A DNA stretch of 63,401 nt, counting the filler, from Octopus bimaculoides (Eukaryota), in assembly GCF_001194135.2 (NCBI RefSeq). It is 6 parts of 5 records of this genome, joined end to end, with 100 filler letters (N's around TTAATTAATTAA, not from the genome) between each part and the next. Parts side by side here need not be neighbours in the genome. Positions count along the whole stretch, not along the records: positions 20,641 to 26,454 come from NC_068982.1; positions 26,555 to 27,633 come from NC_068984.1; positions 27,734 to 32,046 come from NC_068982.1; positions 32,147 to 62,216 come from NC_068996.1; 2 more parts are not named here. One strand, 5' to 3'. Each line of letters opens with the position of its first letter. The stretch's first letter is position 1. The translations under genes were made by a program, and so were the position numbers. This document shows, one piece after another, positions 24,882-38,354 of this stretch. The notes under the pieces were generated by a model. It saw nothing but the letters and a program-made list of their open reading frames with translations. It was not told the DNA's origin and made no database searches.

Positions 24882-26554
24882 NNNNNNNNNNNNNNNNNNN
24901 NNNNNNNNNNNNNNNNNNNNNNNNNNNNNNNNNNNNNNNNNNNNNNNNNNNNNNNNNNNNNNNNNNNNNNNNNNNNNNNNNNNNNNNNNNNNNNNNNNNN
25001 NNNNNNNNNNNNNNNNNNNNNNNNNNNNNNNNNNNNNNNNNNNNNNNNNNNNNNNNNNNNNNNNNNNNNNNNNNNNNNNNNNNNNNNNNNNNNNNNNNNN
25101 NNNNNNNNNNNNNNNNNNNNNNNNNNNNNNNNNNNNNNNNNNNNNNNNNNNNNNNNNNNNNNNNNNNNNNNNNNNNNNNNNNNNNNNNNNNNNNNNNNNN
25201 NNNNNNNNNNNNNNNNNNNNNNNNNNNNNNNNNNNNNNNNNNNNNNNNNNNNNNNNNNNNNNNNNNNNNNNNNNNNNNNNNNNNNNNNNNNNNNNNNNNN
25301 NNNNNNNNNNNNNNNNNNNNNNNNNNNNNNNNNNNNNNNNNNNNNNNNNNNNNNNNNNNNNNNNNNNNNNNNNNNNNNNNNNNNNNNNNNNNNNNNNNNN
25401 NNNNNNNNNNNNNNNNNNNNNNNNNNNNNNNNNNNNNNNNNNNNNNNNNNNNNNNNNNNNNNNNNNNNNNNNNNNNNNNNNNNNNNNNNNNNNNNNNNNN
25501 NNNNNNNNNNNNNNNNNNNNNNNNNNNNNNNNNNNNNNNNNNNNNNNNNNNNNNNNNNNNNNNNNNNNNNNNNNNNNNNNNNNNNNNNNNNNNNNNNNNN
25601 NNNNNNNNNNNNNNNNNNNNNNNNNNNNNNNNNNNNNNNNNNNNNNNNNNNNNNNNNNNNNNNNNNNNNNNNNNNNNNNNNNNNNNNNNNNNNNNNNNNN
25701 NNNNNNNNNNNNNNNATATACGTATATAGTTAGAGGTTAGACCACCATCTAAGGGATAATAAATATCCAGTATACTACTGGATGTATACCTATATATATA
25801 TATGCAAATGCTTACTGTTGCAAAGCTATAGTGCAATTGAGTAATAGACATGTGTGGAGGTAAACAAAAGTTTAACCAGAATTTATAAAGCAAGGAAGAA
25901 AACGGAGAAGATAATTAATTGATAGACAAACACCAGCTTACAAACATCAGCTAGATCTATTTGTTAATTAATTACAATCATATGAATAAATAGATAAATA
26001 AATAAATAAGAATAAATGTTTGTCAATTATCTTCCTTGCCTTATGCATATATCTTAGGTACTTGTAGGGTATAATGGTAGGGTGTTTCCAGAGAAGCACT
26101 CAACCCAAGTTCTAGGCTATCAACACTGTCGGATTCCAGACTTGTTTCGCGGCGGTAAAACGTTGTGTGAATGTGGCGAAGAGTAAACTAAAATCCAAAT
26201 AATAAGACAAAGAAATCCTTTAAAAAAAAAAAAATATATATATATATATACACAACGGGCTTCCACCAGTTTCCGTTTACCATATTTACTCACTAGACAT
26301 TGGTCGGTTTGCAGCTATATAGAAGCCTATTGCCCAATGTCTCGCACAGTGGGACGGAACCCAGCACCGTATGATTGCAAAGCGAGTTTCTTAACCATAC
26401 AACCAAACATGCATGTATATACATACATGTATGTACACACACACACACACACACNNNNNNNNNNNNNNNNNNNNNNNNNNNNNNNNNNNNNNNNNNNNTT
26501 AATTAATTAANNNNNNNNNNNNNNNNNNNNNNNNNNNNNNNNNNNNNNNNNNNN

Positions 26555-26959
26555 GTAAATCCTCGAGTATAATCCGCACTTTTTTCCCAAAATTTAAAGG
26601 TCAAAATCTTTAGTGCGTACTATATACGAGGTTAAAAATGAAAAGTATTTTCTAAGTGATAAATATGTAAAGGCAATTTACTTAATATTTATTTTTCACT
26701 GGCGTTATTACTGTTATTTCTTTATTTTCTGCAAAGTGCACAAAAAAGCTACACGTTTGCATTATGTTATATATACAATAATAATAAAGGACGTTACCGT
26801 ATATACGTTCACAAACCAAGGACGTTATATAGACCTCCTTGACTCAAGTTAGATAAGGGGTGCGTATTATAGACAAGGCTTAAGTTTTTCAGAGGTACAG
26901 CTCCCTAAAAGTCTCCTGCGTATTATACTTAAGGGCGGAATATACTCGAGGATTTACGG
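26555..26959. mobile_element. Tc2/pogo-type MITE with TIRs
   Basis: gtaaatcctcgagtataatccgc at the left and gcggaatatactcgaggatttacgg-TA at the right. Confidence 0.8.
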
Positions 26960-27329
26960 TATTTATTTGGAGAGAATATTGTGCTTTCTGTTTCAACTCA
27001 ATTTGGTTTCAGATAGGCTTTTCAATATTCACACATACCGTCACAAATACGGCCATCATTCCTCCAATTATTTTGTAACGATGTGGCTATTCTGTTTCTT
27101 TTATAAGCCTTCAGCCCAATTACTTTATGGAAAACGCTTCAAACTTCATTTTCGTTCTCACAATAGACACTCTCTAACTTCTCTTCCATGGCACACATAT
27201 TTTGTACATTGATCTTCAGTTACATTTTCTTAATCTTAAACATGATATTTGCTTCTTGTTAATTTACGTGAAACTCAAAATCTATTCAGGACATCTAGGT
27301 CATCTTTTTAGATCATTTCGCATCAATAC

Positions 27330-27365
27330 CTGACGTCATTAAGATTATCCAGATTATTTCTAGAA
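27330..27365 (-). CDS. Candidate 36-nt exon, possibly signal-peptide-like (LEIIWIILMTS) of the SRCR-protease gene
   Basis: Acceptor ttctttaattatacag| and donor CAG|gtattg; phase 1-1 frame is hydrophobic; no homology support. Confidence 0.25.
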
Positions 27366-27563
27366 CTGTATAATTAAAGAACAGATGGGGATTGCTGGTG
27401 GTGGAGGTGGTGGTGGCGGTAGTGGCAGTGGTGGGGAGAAATATAACGCAAAAAAAAATAACAATAAAGAATGCAATCATTAATAACGTTAAATATAACC
27501 TTACAAAATCTACACAATAAATACTCATATGTATTTGTCTATACAAATAGGCAGGGAGAAATA

Positions 27564-27605
<42 letters not shown>

Positions 27606-30600
27606 TTCATATATATATATATATATATATATANNNNNNNNNNNNNNNNNNNNNNNNNNNNNNNNNNNNNNNNNNNNTTAATTAATTAANNNNNNNNNNN
27701 NNNNNNNNNNNNNNNNNNNNNNNNNNNNNNNNNTATATATATATATATATATATATATATGCATATATTTATATATATATGTACGTATGTATATATATAT
27801 ATATATAGATAGATAAATAGACAGATGGATGCTTGTTTAGAGGCGCGTGGGTTAGTGGTCATGGTGTTACACTCATGATCATAAGATTGTGATTTCGATT
27901 TCTGTAGCGGGCGATGCATTGTGTTCTTGAGCAAAACATTTCATTTTAGTTGCTCCAGTTCACTCAGGTGGCAAAAGTTACGAATCCTGCAACAAAATGG
28001 CATCCTATCAAGTGGAGAATATATACTGTACAGTATCCGGAAGCCCGTTGCATACGTGTGTGTGCGTCTGGCTTAATATTTGTCCACCACAACAACTTGA
28101 CAACCAGTGTTGGTTTGTTTATGTTCCTTTACTCTAACAATTGGACAAAAGAAGCTCGGCTTTAAAATGTATTGATTGGTGTCGATTTGCTCGACTAAGC
28201 TTTTCGAGATGGTGTCCCATCATGGACGCGTTTCTAATGACCGAAACACTGAAACAAGTATCAATACGATAAAATCACACGCACACGCATACATACATAC
28301 ATACAGACACACATATCTTGTGTGAGTCAGGGTATTTTAGTGTTTGTGTGCTCGTGTATGTGTGTACCACGGGCGAGCGTCTCTGTTTGTATCATTTTGT
28401 ACGTGTTCATATACCAAAAGTTTTATGCAAAAATCAAACAAATCTTGGAGATTGTAATGAGATGGTGCATTGCTAGCTTCGAGATGTCTTTTTTTGCAGA
28501 ATATAAAACTACACACCCGTAAAGGGAAACGCTTGCGATGCGCATACAGTGATTCATCCCGCCACACACATACATATAGACAGACAGACAGACAGACAGA
28601 CACACACACACACACACACACATACCCACACAGAGATAGTATTCAAGACAAAGTGATAGGTTGGAGAGCGAATGAGAGAGAGAAAAAAAGAGAAACAGAG
28701 AGAGAGAAAGAGACAGACAGACAATAAGACAAACATAGAGAGAGAAGGAGAAAGAAAGAGAGAGAGAGAGAGAAGTTACAGAGATTGAGAGAGACAGAGA
28801 AAGAATGAAAGAGGTAGAAATGAAAGAAAAATTCCCAATGTGATCAGCACAAAGAAAGAGTTGAAGAAAAGGTCTCTAACTCTACTTGATATATGTGGAT
28901 CGCCAATGAGTACACGGAAAGAAAGACATAAGAAACACAGAACTATTTACAACATACAAGGACAGGAAACGACAGTTGGCTAAAGAAATATGATTGTGTG
29001 CGTGTGTGCGCACATACATACATACATATGTATGTAAAGGAACGATCGATGATTTGTTAATTCATCTGCTGACTCATCTATTTGAAATAGAGTTAAACAA
29101 TACTTGAACAACGACGCTTTTGCTAGACAACTCAGTAAAATTCCGTTCTATCTCTAACCAGCTTTAGCAAGTTTGTTAGAGAGTTTCGTTGCCATGGAAG
29201 ACCCTGATTTTTTGAAGGAAATTATGCCAAACCGTAGAAACTTAACTCAAAATAAGAACTTAGTTTGTTTTTAGTGAAGTGTACTATCACTGATGCCCGA
29301 ATTGTAAACCTGAGGTCTGAGGTTCGAGATTATCCTCCACGATAAATCTGTCGCAATAACATAAATATAACCAATCAACTAGAGTCAAAATAACTTATTT
29401 TGCATTAAATTTTGTACTAAGGTAACGAGTTTCTTGAACAGGTAGAACCTAATTTAAAAACAAAAAAGAGCAAAAAAGCTTGCTGTAGTGGAGTCCAGTT
29501 TGTTTTTCATCCTTCTGCAGTCAAGGAAATGAACTCCAATCAATTACTGTTATCGATCTAATCACTTATACCCTCCCACTTAATATGTGGGCTTATTCCA
29601 GTGTTCGAAATCAATAATTACGACATTACCGAAATATGGCCTGGTTAATGACTGGACGTTATTTCGTGTTTTTCATTATGTGTGTGTGCAATGGGGTGGC
29701 GTGACTACTTTGTGTATATTTTTCTTTCCTTTTGCCGGGCGGAAGAGCAATGCTCTTGAGATCTTATGGAGCCTCCAAGACTGGTCACATTGATGGAGAA
29801 ATGCAACCTGACCCGAATCACTGCAACGTAGTACATTCCATTAAAAGTACTACAGAAAATGGAAGTCGGATGGAATTTATTAACTGAGTAGGCCACGGTG
29901 AGTTTTGAAATCAAAACACAAAGAACTGTATGAAATGCACTAACGTTTCTACCATTCCATTACTATATATTGGTAATCCATTTGCAAACCATGAAGGAAG
30001 AAGGTAAGGTTGACCTCAGCGGGATTTTAACTCAGAAAACAAATGCTGGAATAGATATCGCATGTCATTTCTTCCGAAGGTTTTGCACCTTTGCCAGTTC
30101 ATTGCTTACTCACAATGTAGTGCAACGTGATAAGATATTTCTGCTAAGTATTGTGTCCTATGTTTTATAGATTATGACATCTAGTACTATAAATCTACAA
30201 TTTTGCTAGTTGCAGTGATTATATTGTGGCCATGCTAGAACATCATCTGTCAAGGTATTAAGTGACCAAAAGCACTTCCCTGATACAATTTTGTATTAAC
30301 CCCGGATAAACAACGTTAAACTTGCTATGTTTATATTGAAGCGAACTTTCACTGATATCCGATTCGCAAACCTGATGTTCGAGGTTCCAAGTTGCCCTCT
30401 ACAATTTTTCTTTGCAAAAACATAAATATAACCAAGCAACTATCATCAAAATGACTAATTTTGTATTCAATTTTATATTACGGTTGAAGTTGAAGTTGCA
30501 CTGGGTAGCATTTGAAATCAGAAATTTCTGTGGCGTAACCAAATACTGACTCAAGCAATTTTCTTAAATAGTCTACCGATTCTGCAAGCCACCACTATAT

Positions 30601-30961
30601 GCTATCAGCTTTTAATATACTTGATATTTTTGTTAGTTTTTTTTTTATTTCAAGTTAAAAAGAAATTCACCTGCTTTGTAGGAAGTATTTAACTTTTTGT
30701 TTTTTCACTGCTTTTGATTGTGTGCGCGGTGGAAACACACATATAGATTATATGTATGTATGTATGTATGTATGTNNNNNNNNNNNNNNNNNNNNNNNNN
30801 NNNNNNNNNNNNNNNNNNNNNNNNNNNNNNNNNNNNNNNNNNNNNNNNNNNNNNNNNNNNNNNNNNNNNNNNNNNNNNNNNNNNNNNNNNNNNNNNNNNN
30901 NNNNNNNNNNNNNNNNNNNNNNNNNNNNNNNNNNNNNNNNNNNNNNNNNNNNNNNNNNNNN

Positions 30962-30992
<31 letters not shown>

Positions 30993-31472
30993 GTCTCTCC
31001 CTCTCTCTTTTCTTTCCGTTTTTTCTCCTTATCCTGAACACACACACACACAAAAGCAACAGGATATCAAGAAGTGATGCAGTACTACCGTTTCAAGCGG
31101 CTTCATTTAATTCAACAGTGCAATCATTACATCAATTTAAATGCAATCAGCTGCACAAATAAATAAATAGAATTTTAACCAGTCGAACACATTAATATAA
31201 TTTTTCTCAAATACCTTAACAGAGCAAGAGGATGTAAGAAAATCATTTTGTCGCTATTGTAGCTAAGAATAGACTACACTTCTAAGAATCGCATGAAGCC
31301 CATTGGGGTCATATCCTGTAAAGAATTGTGATATATACATATATATTTCATTTTGTCTAGTTTCAGCTCATGAGCTGTAGCCATGCTGGGCATGCATACA
31401 CATATATGTATACACACACACGTATATAAATATATATATACACACGCACAGGTACACACACAAACACACAAT

Positions 31473-31514
<42 letters not shown>

Positions 31515-31979
31515 CACATTCTTTAAGTAAAGAATACGCTTTGTCACAGACTATCCCGTTGGTGTATTTTCTAAGCCTTAAATTTAGGGTACAATATAAA
31601 GTGTTTGAGGAATACGCAAAAAACAAACTTAATTCACACATGAAACATTTCACTTGCTCAAACAACTGGAATATTCATTGCCCAAACCGACAGACATCCA
31701 TATATTTATGCATATGTACACACATGTACACATATATATCCAAGAATGCTTGTATTTGCAGGCTTGTGTGTGTGTGTGTGTGCGTGTGTGTGCGTGTGTG
31801 CGTGCGTGTGTCAGTTGATGCCTGCATGTGTATACATGATTACACACACACACACATATATAGTCAATCCAAACACGAACAAGCAAATAAAAACAACACG
31901 AGGACGTGGAATAAGCACAGTGTTATTGGACGCTCAGGAAAGGAAAGTAAAATATATATATAATACACACACACACACA

Positions 31980-32046
<67 letters not shown>

Positions 32047-32146
32047 NNNNNNNNNNNNNNNNNNNNNNNNNNNNNNNNNNNNNNNNNNNNTTAATTAATT
32101 AANNNNNNNNNNNNNNNNNNNNNNNNNNNNNNNNNNNNNNNNNNNN

Positions 32147-32400
32147 GGGCTTGTTTTCATTAAACGTAGTCTGACGTAGGTGCAACAAAAAACTTGTGCA
32201 GCGAGAATCAATCCTTCCGTTTTAGCTTTTAGCGCAGAGCTTTCGAGCCATTGTTGGCTTTTCCTTAGGTTCAGTTCTCTGTCAACCCTTGCAGGCTATC
32301 AGCCATGGGGTGATTTTTTTTCTTCAGTTCTTCTTTGTTATGTTTTGTTGTTCTGTTTTCATGTTGTTTTCTGTCATTTTGATCACTTCTGCTATGTTGT
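32147..32400 (-). mobile_element. R4/Dong-like LINE fragment
   Basis: Minus frame KSQQWLESSALKAKTEGLILAAQ matches the same region as 14400-14480. Confidence 0.7.
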
Positions 32401-33239
32401 CATCTGAAATAAGTGTATCAGTCTCTCTTTTGTTTCTGTTTTGCATTTTGTTTGTATTTTTGTATTTCGTATTTTGTAGCTTGTTTCTGTTTTGTATTTT
32501 GTCACTTCCTTGTGTATAGAGGAGAGCATTTTTTTTTTTTTTCTGTTGCTTTATTACATGCAATAGTCTTCCACTTTTTGTTTCTAACTCCTTTCTTTAG
32601 TTCAGGTTTGCGGGCCTCGTGGCTCAAATAATAAAAAAAATTGTTGTAAATCTTTAATAACTTTATTATTCGAGCTGGCAGAATCGTTAGCACGCCGGGC
32701 GAAATGCTTAGCCGTATTTCGGTTGCCGCTACGTTCTGAGTTCAGACTTTGTCTTTAATCGAAAATTACATACCAGTCAAGTATTAGGGTCGATGTGATC
32801 GATTCCCTCCTCCTACAAAAGTCCAGGCCTTGTGCCTATAGTAGTAAGAATTATTACAATTAAAATTGTAGGCATGGTTCCGGGTTCATTCTCACTATAT
32901 GGCACCTTGGAAAACTATAACGCGGTTCCGGTTCCGCGTCAAACTTTTCAAAAGAATATTTGACCAATTAGGTTGCAGGACTGACCATAACCACTGCACA
33001 CAAGGATTCAGGGACTTGTTGATAAAAACAATAACGAACACGTCTTGCCCGCTCATGTGCTAGTGCGCGTTGAATTTCCATGGAGAACATCCTTTTCTTT
33101 TGTGGTTTGACCGCTGATGGTCGATTTCTAGCGTAAAGGATGTTCACTTAGTGGTCATCATTTCTCATATATATATNNNNNNNNNNTATATATATATGGA
33201 AGAAAAAGAAATATCCCATAGGAAAAGGAATATGTTACT

Positions 33240-33550
33240 TTTAAAACTATTTCAGCGTGCTACTTTTTCGATCGGAATCTTATGCCGAACTGCTAAGTTA
33301 CAGGGAAGAAAACACACCGGTTGTCAAGTGGCTGTGGGGGGACAAACACAGACGCAAAGACACACATATATATATGTACACACATATACATATATATATA
33401 CATATATATGACGGACTTCTTTCAGTTTTCGTCTACAAAGTCTACTCACAAGGCTTCGGTCGACCTGAGGAATATACTTACCCAAGTTACCTTGGAGTGG
33501 GACTGAACCCGGTTGGAATGCAAGTTCCTTTCCAAACAGCCATGCCTGTA
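33240..33550 (-). mobile_element. CORE-type tRNA SINE
   Basis: Same family as 37228-37815. Confidence 0.75.
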
Positions 33551-34709
33551 CCTTGCTAGAGGAATGTATATATACATACATACATATATACATACATACA
33601 AACATACATACATACATACATACATACTTCTACGCAAATAGACTTAAACACACACACATACACACACACACACACACGCACGCACACATACACACACACA
33701 CACACGAACACGGGTATGTAGATATATGCATTTGCCTAGGCAAGTGTACGTGTGAATATATGAGTATACTTTATATTGACATTTACAAATTTGTATATAT
33801 ACCAATACGTACGCTGACCTCAATATTTAATATTTTCTTTGTAGCTACCAATTTTGTGTGCGCCGAATGGAAGAGAAAGAAACGTCCGTAGGACAAAGAA
33901 TGTGTCACTTTTAAAGCTATTTACATTTATATCGATAAAAGCTGCCATATTTGTATGGAAGTAAAATGTGCTTACTGCAGTTCTTATTTTATTCTACATG
34001 AAGGGAACATTTTTACGTTATGCTATTTCCCAATTGCAGTTAAAAGTACTTTACCATTGCACATAGACGTGAACTGTAGTGCAGCTCTTGGAACTGTTGC
34101 TATTGTTTTTATTGTTGTTTATACTCAGATCAGTCCTGGCCAATCAGAATCATGATGGAAAGCATTCTGTTCATTACAATAACGCCTTCATCTTTTGTCT
34201 TTTACCCGTTTCAGTCACAAGACTGCGGCCATGCTGAGGTACCACGTTAAAATTTTAGTCGAATGAAAATGCCCCAGCACTTAATTTTTTTTTAAAGCCT
34301 GGTATTTATTCTAACAATCTCTTTGACCGAACCACCAGATAATGGAGACGCAAACACACCAACGAGGGTTGTCGAGCGGTGGGGGTGGGCGACAAACACA
34401 GACACAAACACACAAACACACACACACAAACACACACACACATATACATAATAATAATAATAAATGTATCTATATATAATAAATAAACATCCACGTGCCA
34501 AATTTATATTAAATTAATTCATTTAATTTGAACGTAAAACTCGAAACTATTCAGCCACTTTAATTTTGAAATAAATTTTTATTCATTTCACCCGCTTTTT
34601 ACAGTTATTTCATATCAAAGCAAATCGTGGATGTTTATTTGAACATCTATTTTCAACATGTAAGGAAGTAGTTTTTGTCGTCTCTTTCTTTCTCTCTGTC
34701 TATATACAG

Positions 34710-34750
34710 ATATTTACCGTGTCGGCAAGAAGCATGTTAAACTCTGGAAG
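34710..34750 (+). other. 41-nt exon (5' UTR or coding) of the plus-strand gene
   Basis: Long pyrimidine tract plus tacag| acceptor and consensus AAG|gtgagt donor; frame ambiguous (IYRVGKKHVKLWK or IFTVSARSMLNSG). Confidence 0.5.
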
Positions 34751-34789
34751 GTGAGTTATACTTTCTTATCCTCTAAATTCTTGGAAATA

Positions 34790-34836
<47 letters not shown>

Positions 34837-34839
34837 TGT

Positions 34840-35702
34840 CTGTGCGATGGCCAAATTGTTGCCGTTTTTATTTCGCGCATGCGCATTGCTTGTCTTTGAT
34901 TTTGTCGACTACACAGTATAGTAGAGTCAGCTGGTCACCGTCTGTGAGTAAGACAGTACCATGACGAAATTCACTCTGCCAGAGATTTGGAAACGACATG
35001 ATGTAATGCTTAGCATTCGCGCCGGAAGCTCCAGTACGTGCATTTTAGAGTGTTTGTACCTCAATCTGAGGACAGTGCAGAGAATTCGGAAAGAGTTGGA
35101 GGAGTCGAATGGTGATTACGAAGGTACGGAAGCTCAGAAAACTCACTCTGATCGTCCTTATAAGAAAAGAACTCCATTTATCTTCTCACACAACCTCAAC
35201 TTCAAATTCCTGGAGGAGATACTGCTACCTTGGGTCAAGAGGGTGGGTGTTGGAAGACCCTATGTCTGGCAACAGGACTCTGCACCATGCCATACAAGCA
35301 GAACTCAGTCATGGCTGTCGGACAATTTCTGCGACCATATCACCCCTATCATCTGGCCAACTAACTAACTCCCAACAGTGCAACCCTTTTGATTATTATG
35401 TGTGGGGCGCAGTTGAGCGAAAGGCCAACAAAACTCGTTGTAACACGAAAGAGGAACTGAAAACAAGGATTATGGCAGCATTAACATACTTAAACAAAGA
35501 GACCACTCAGAGGAGTTACAGGAGATTCGGAAGTAATCTGCACGCCGTGGTTGAAGTCAATGGCGATTTTATTGAATAAATTTACTCTTTCGTATTTGAA
35601 GATATTTTTTATGTAATTTTGGTAAATATAGCTGTTAAAATGAGATACTAGTATTAATTTCACTTTTGCGTGATTTAGACGACAATTTATTCACGGCACC
35701 CT

Positions 35703-35705
<3 letters not shown>
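34840..35705 (+). mobile_element. Tc1-like transposase relic (internally deleted)
   Basis: ORFs 34961-35368 and 35109-35579 (YVWQQDSAPCHTS; NPFDYYVWGAVE); right end ggcaccctg-TA. Confidence 0.85.
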
Positions 35706-35777
<72 letters not shown>

Positions 35778-35969
35778 GTTTAGGTACTGAACAATTGTAG
35801 TTGTTGTCAATTCTAGATAACTTCTGATCCAGCAGACATCTGATCATAACGTATCAACTATTGCTGTCCAGCTTAATTTTCTTCATGAATTGAAAGCGCT
35901 ATCTTAAATGTCACCTTTTTAAAGATGTAAATTTGTGATACGAGGGACATTTTTTTTTCTCTCCCCTAG

Positions 35970-36060
35970 GTCGAGCGACCGCAATCAAGCTTCCGTGTTC
36001 GTTCGTGATGCTCCATAATGATATCATCGTCAACGATGCTAGATTGTCGACAAACGAAGG
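35970..36060 (+). CDS. Exon of plus-strand sulfotransferase-like gene; probable start ATG 36018 (MISSSTMLDCRQTK)
   Basis: Strong acceptor ttttttttttctctcccctag|, donor G|gtttgt; in-frame upstream stop, then ATG. Confidence 0.45.
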
Positions 36061-36220
36061 GTTTGTATTCTGTTTAATGGTTTCCATTTTATATATTTAT
36101 TTATTTATTTATTTATTTATTCATTTATTTATGTAAATATGGTGGCTGTCAACTCGTGACTTGACCGAAGATCATAGCTCATGCAAAATGCCAGTTTCAC
36201 TCAGGCTTTTGTCGTCGGCT

Positions 36221-36262
<42 letters not shown>

Positions 36263-36531
36263 ATGACTGTCTACATGTTACCGAGGAAGACCATCACTAA
36301 CCATTGCTATTGCTTCGGAAAAAGAAAGCACACTATATGTACGATACATAACATGAATAGTGGGATCGAATTTTTCAACTTAACCCTAAGAGGAGGGGTG
36401 GGTACACCAGTCTGGCCGCAGTCCAATGATCGCAAAAAGAAATTAAGTAAAAACGAACATTATCGTTTCATTTCATTCATTTTACTTTTTATATTTTCTT
36501 TGCAGTCTTTTCTTCTTTTTTTTCTATGTAG

Positions 36532-36569
36532 TTTCTCACAACTTGAGACAAAATTTGATGCAATTGACG
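36532..36569 (+). CDS. 38-nt exon of plus-strand gene (VSHNLRQNLMQLT)
   Basis: Very long pyrimidine tract ending tatgtag|, donor |gttaag; phase-compatible with neighbours. Confidence 0.45.
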
Positions 36570-37227
36570 GTTAAGTGTGAAGTTTCTTACAGAAGTTTTC
36601 GTTTAAAACTGTATGAAGTGAACTGGATCTTTCACTTTACGTCGTTCTCTGTTGCAAGTAAATATCCTATGCTCTCGTTTTCACTATAAACGTATCTTGT
36701 GTTGCTGTTGCTTTTGTTCCTGTTATTGATCTTGTGCAGTAATATTACTATTGCTCAATAATATTGCGCTGTTTTCCCTAATAATTTATTCAAAGACATT
36801 TTCTTTCTTGTTTAAGCTTCCAGCTATATCATCGCAGTAATTAAGCGCCACAATCGGCTTTTTCCCTTAAATCTTTATACTTCGTACTTGTTAAGTAAAT
36901 GCAAGATTCAGGCAATAAAATCACTATTTGGTTCTTAAAACTACTTCAAGGATGAAACGGTTCTAATTTGTAAACAATATTATTGATGCTAAAGGACTTC
37001 TTCCCGGTGCTTTTAACTTTTCGTGATGCCATTGTTAATATTGTGGATGAGAAATCCCATATATAGATATATACGTTCCCATATATATATATATATATAT
37101 ATATATCAGTATGGCTCTGTGTGTGTATGTATATGTATATATACATACACACGCATATATGCATATATATATATATATGTATGTATATATATATGTATAT
37201 ATACATATATATAATTATATAATATAT

Positions 37228-37815
37228 AGGCGCAGGAGTGGCTGTGTGGTAAGTAGCTTGCTAACCAACCACATGGTTCCAGGTTCAATTCCACTACGTG
37301 GCACCTTGGACAAGTGTCTTCTACTATAACCTGGGACCGACCAAAGCCTTGTGAGTGAATTTGGTAGACGGAAACTGAAAGAAGCCCGTCGTATATATGT
37401 ATATATATATATATATATTTCTCCGTGTTTTTCTCTTTGTCTCCGTATTCTTTCTGTTGAAGAGCGTAGCTCGAAACGTTAAAGACTTTCCGTATTCCCG
37501 AGCGTCATACTAATACATCCTTTTGTTGTTTACACCACCTGTCCGCGTCTGTTGTTGTTTTTTCGTACATTCTCCCATATATATATGTATGTGTGTGTAT
37601 ATGTTTGTGTGTCTGTGTTTGTCTCCCCAACATCGCTTGACAACCGATGCTGGTGTGTTTACGTCCCCGTCACTTAGCGGTTCGGCAACAGAGACCGATA
37701 AAATAAATACTAGGCTTACAAAGATTAAGTCCTGGGGTCGATTTGCTCCACTAAAGGTGGTGCTCCAGCATGGCCACAGTAAAATGACTGAAACAAGTTA
37801 AAGAGTAAAAGAGTA
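37228..37815 (+). mobile_element. CORE-type tRNA SINE with a Penelope-like fragment (about 37420-37590) inserted in its central (TA)n
   Basis: Head ggcgcaggagtggctgtgtggtaag...ggttcaattcc, CORE-like gtggcaccttggacaagtg, tail ending aaagagtaaaagag. Confidence 0.85.
37449..37485 (+). ncRNA. Minimal type I hammerhead-ribozyme-like motif (core CUGUUGA, A6U variant)
   Basis: ucuuu-CUGUUGA-A-GAGC(gua)GCUC-GAAA-CGUU-aaaga: 5-bp stem I, 4-bp stem II, palindromic ACGU stem III. Confidence 0.7.
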
Positions 37816-38354
37816 ATTATATAATGTGTGTGCGTGTATGTTCCCAAGTAATGAACGAAATTCATAACAACATCCGCATTTTGATTCCACGTAATAATAT
37901 TATTCCACGTAATAATATTATTCCACGTAATAATACTGAGATTGGACAACTACTGAGGATCAGGTTTAACGAATATTAGAAAGTCATTGATCAGGAAGAA
38001 AAAATAAATAATACAATCATCAAATTGGTGGAAGATGTATGAAAAGGAAATAGAAATCACCAGCTTTACTAATGGATGAATATTTCCATTATAAGAACCG
38101 AATCACATCACGTTGAAAACAAATAGCAAATAGAGCGATAACTGGCGCAGAAACGGCGGCAAAAACTTATAGTCATTGCAAATGATGTTTTGGAAGAGTA
38201 GGCTTCTGGGTAAGAACATTGAAGCATTTCAGCAAATTCTTGTGCGTTTACTCTAAAGTAATTGAGAATCAAGCATGTAAATATATAGTGTTTTTGAAGG
38301 AAGAAATTAATAAAAGAAACATAAATGCATTACATTTCCACTGGCAACACATCT

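Noticed and set aside
29091-29265. Protein-like plus frame VKQYLNNDAFARQL...ASLLESFVAMEDPDFLKE
   Set aside because: Needs a 33-nt intron to remove an in-frame stop, and no homology is recognisable.
29320-30410. Paired 38-nt minus-strand micro-exons (FIVEDNLEPQTS / KIVEGNLEPRTS), the second resembling an IVEG activation site
   Set aside because: Similarity extends well into the flanks and the plus strand reads as a tRNA-derived head, so these are SINE relics.
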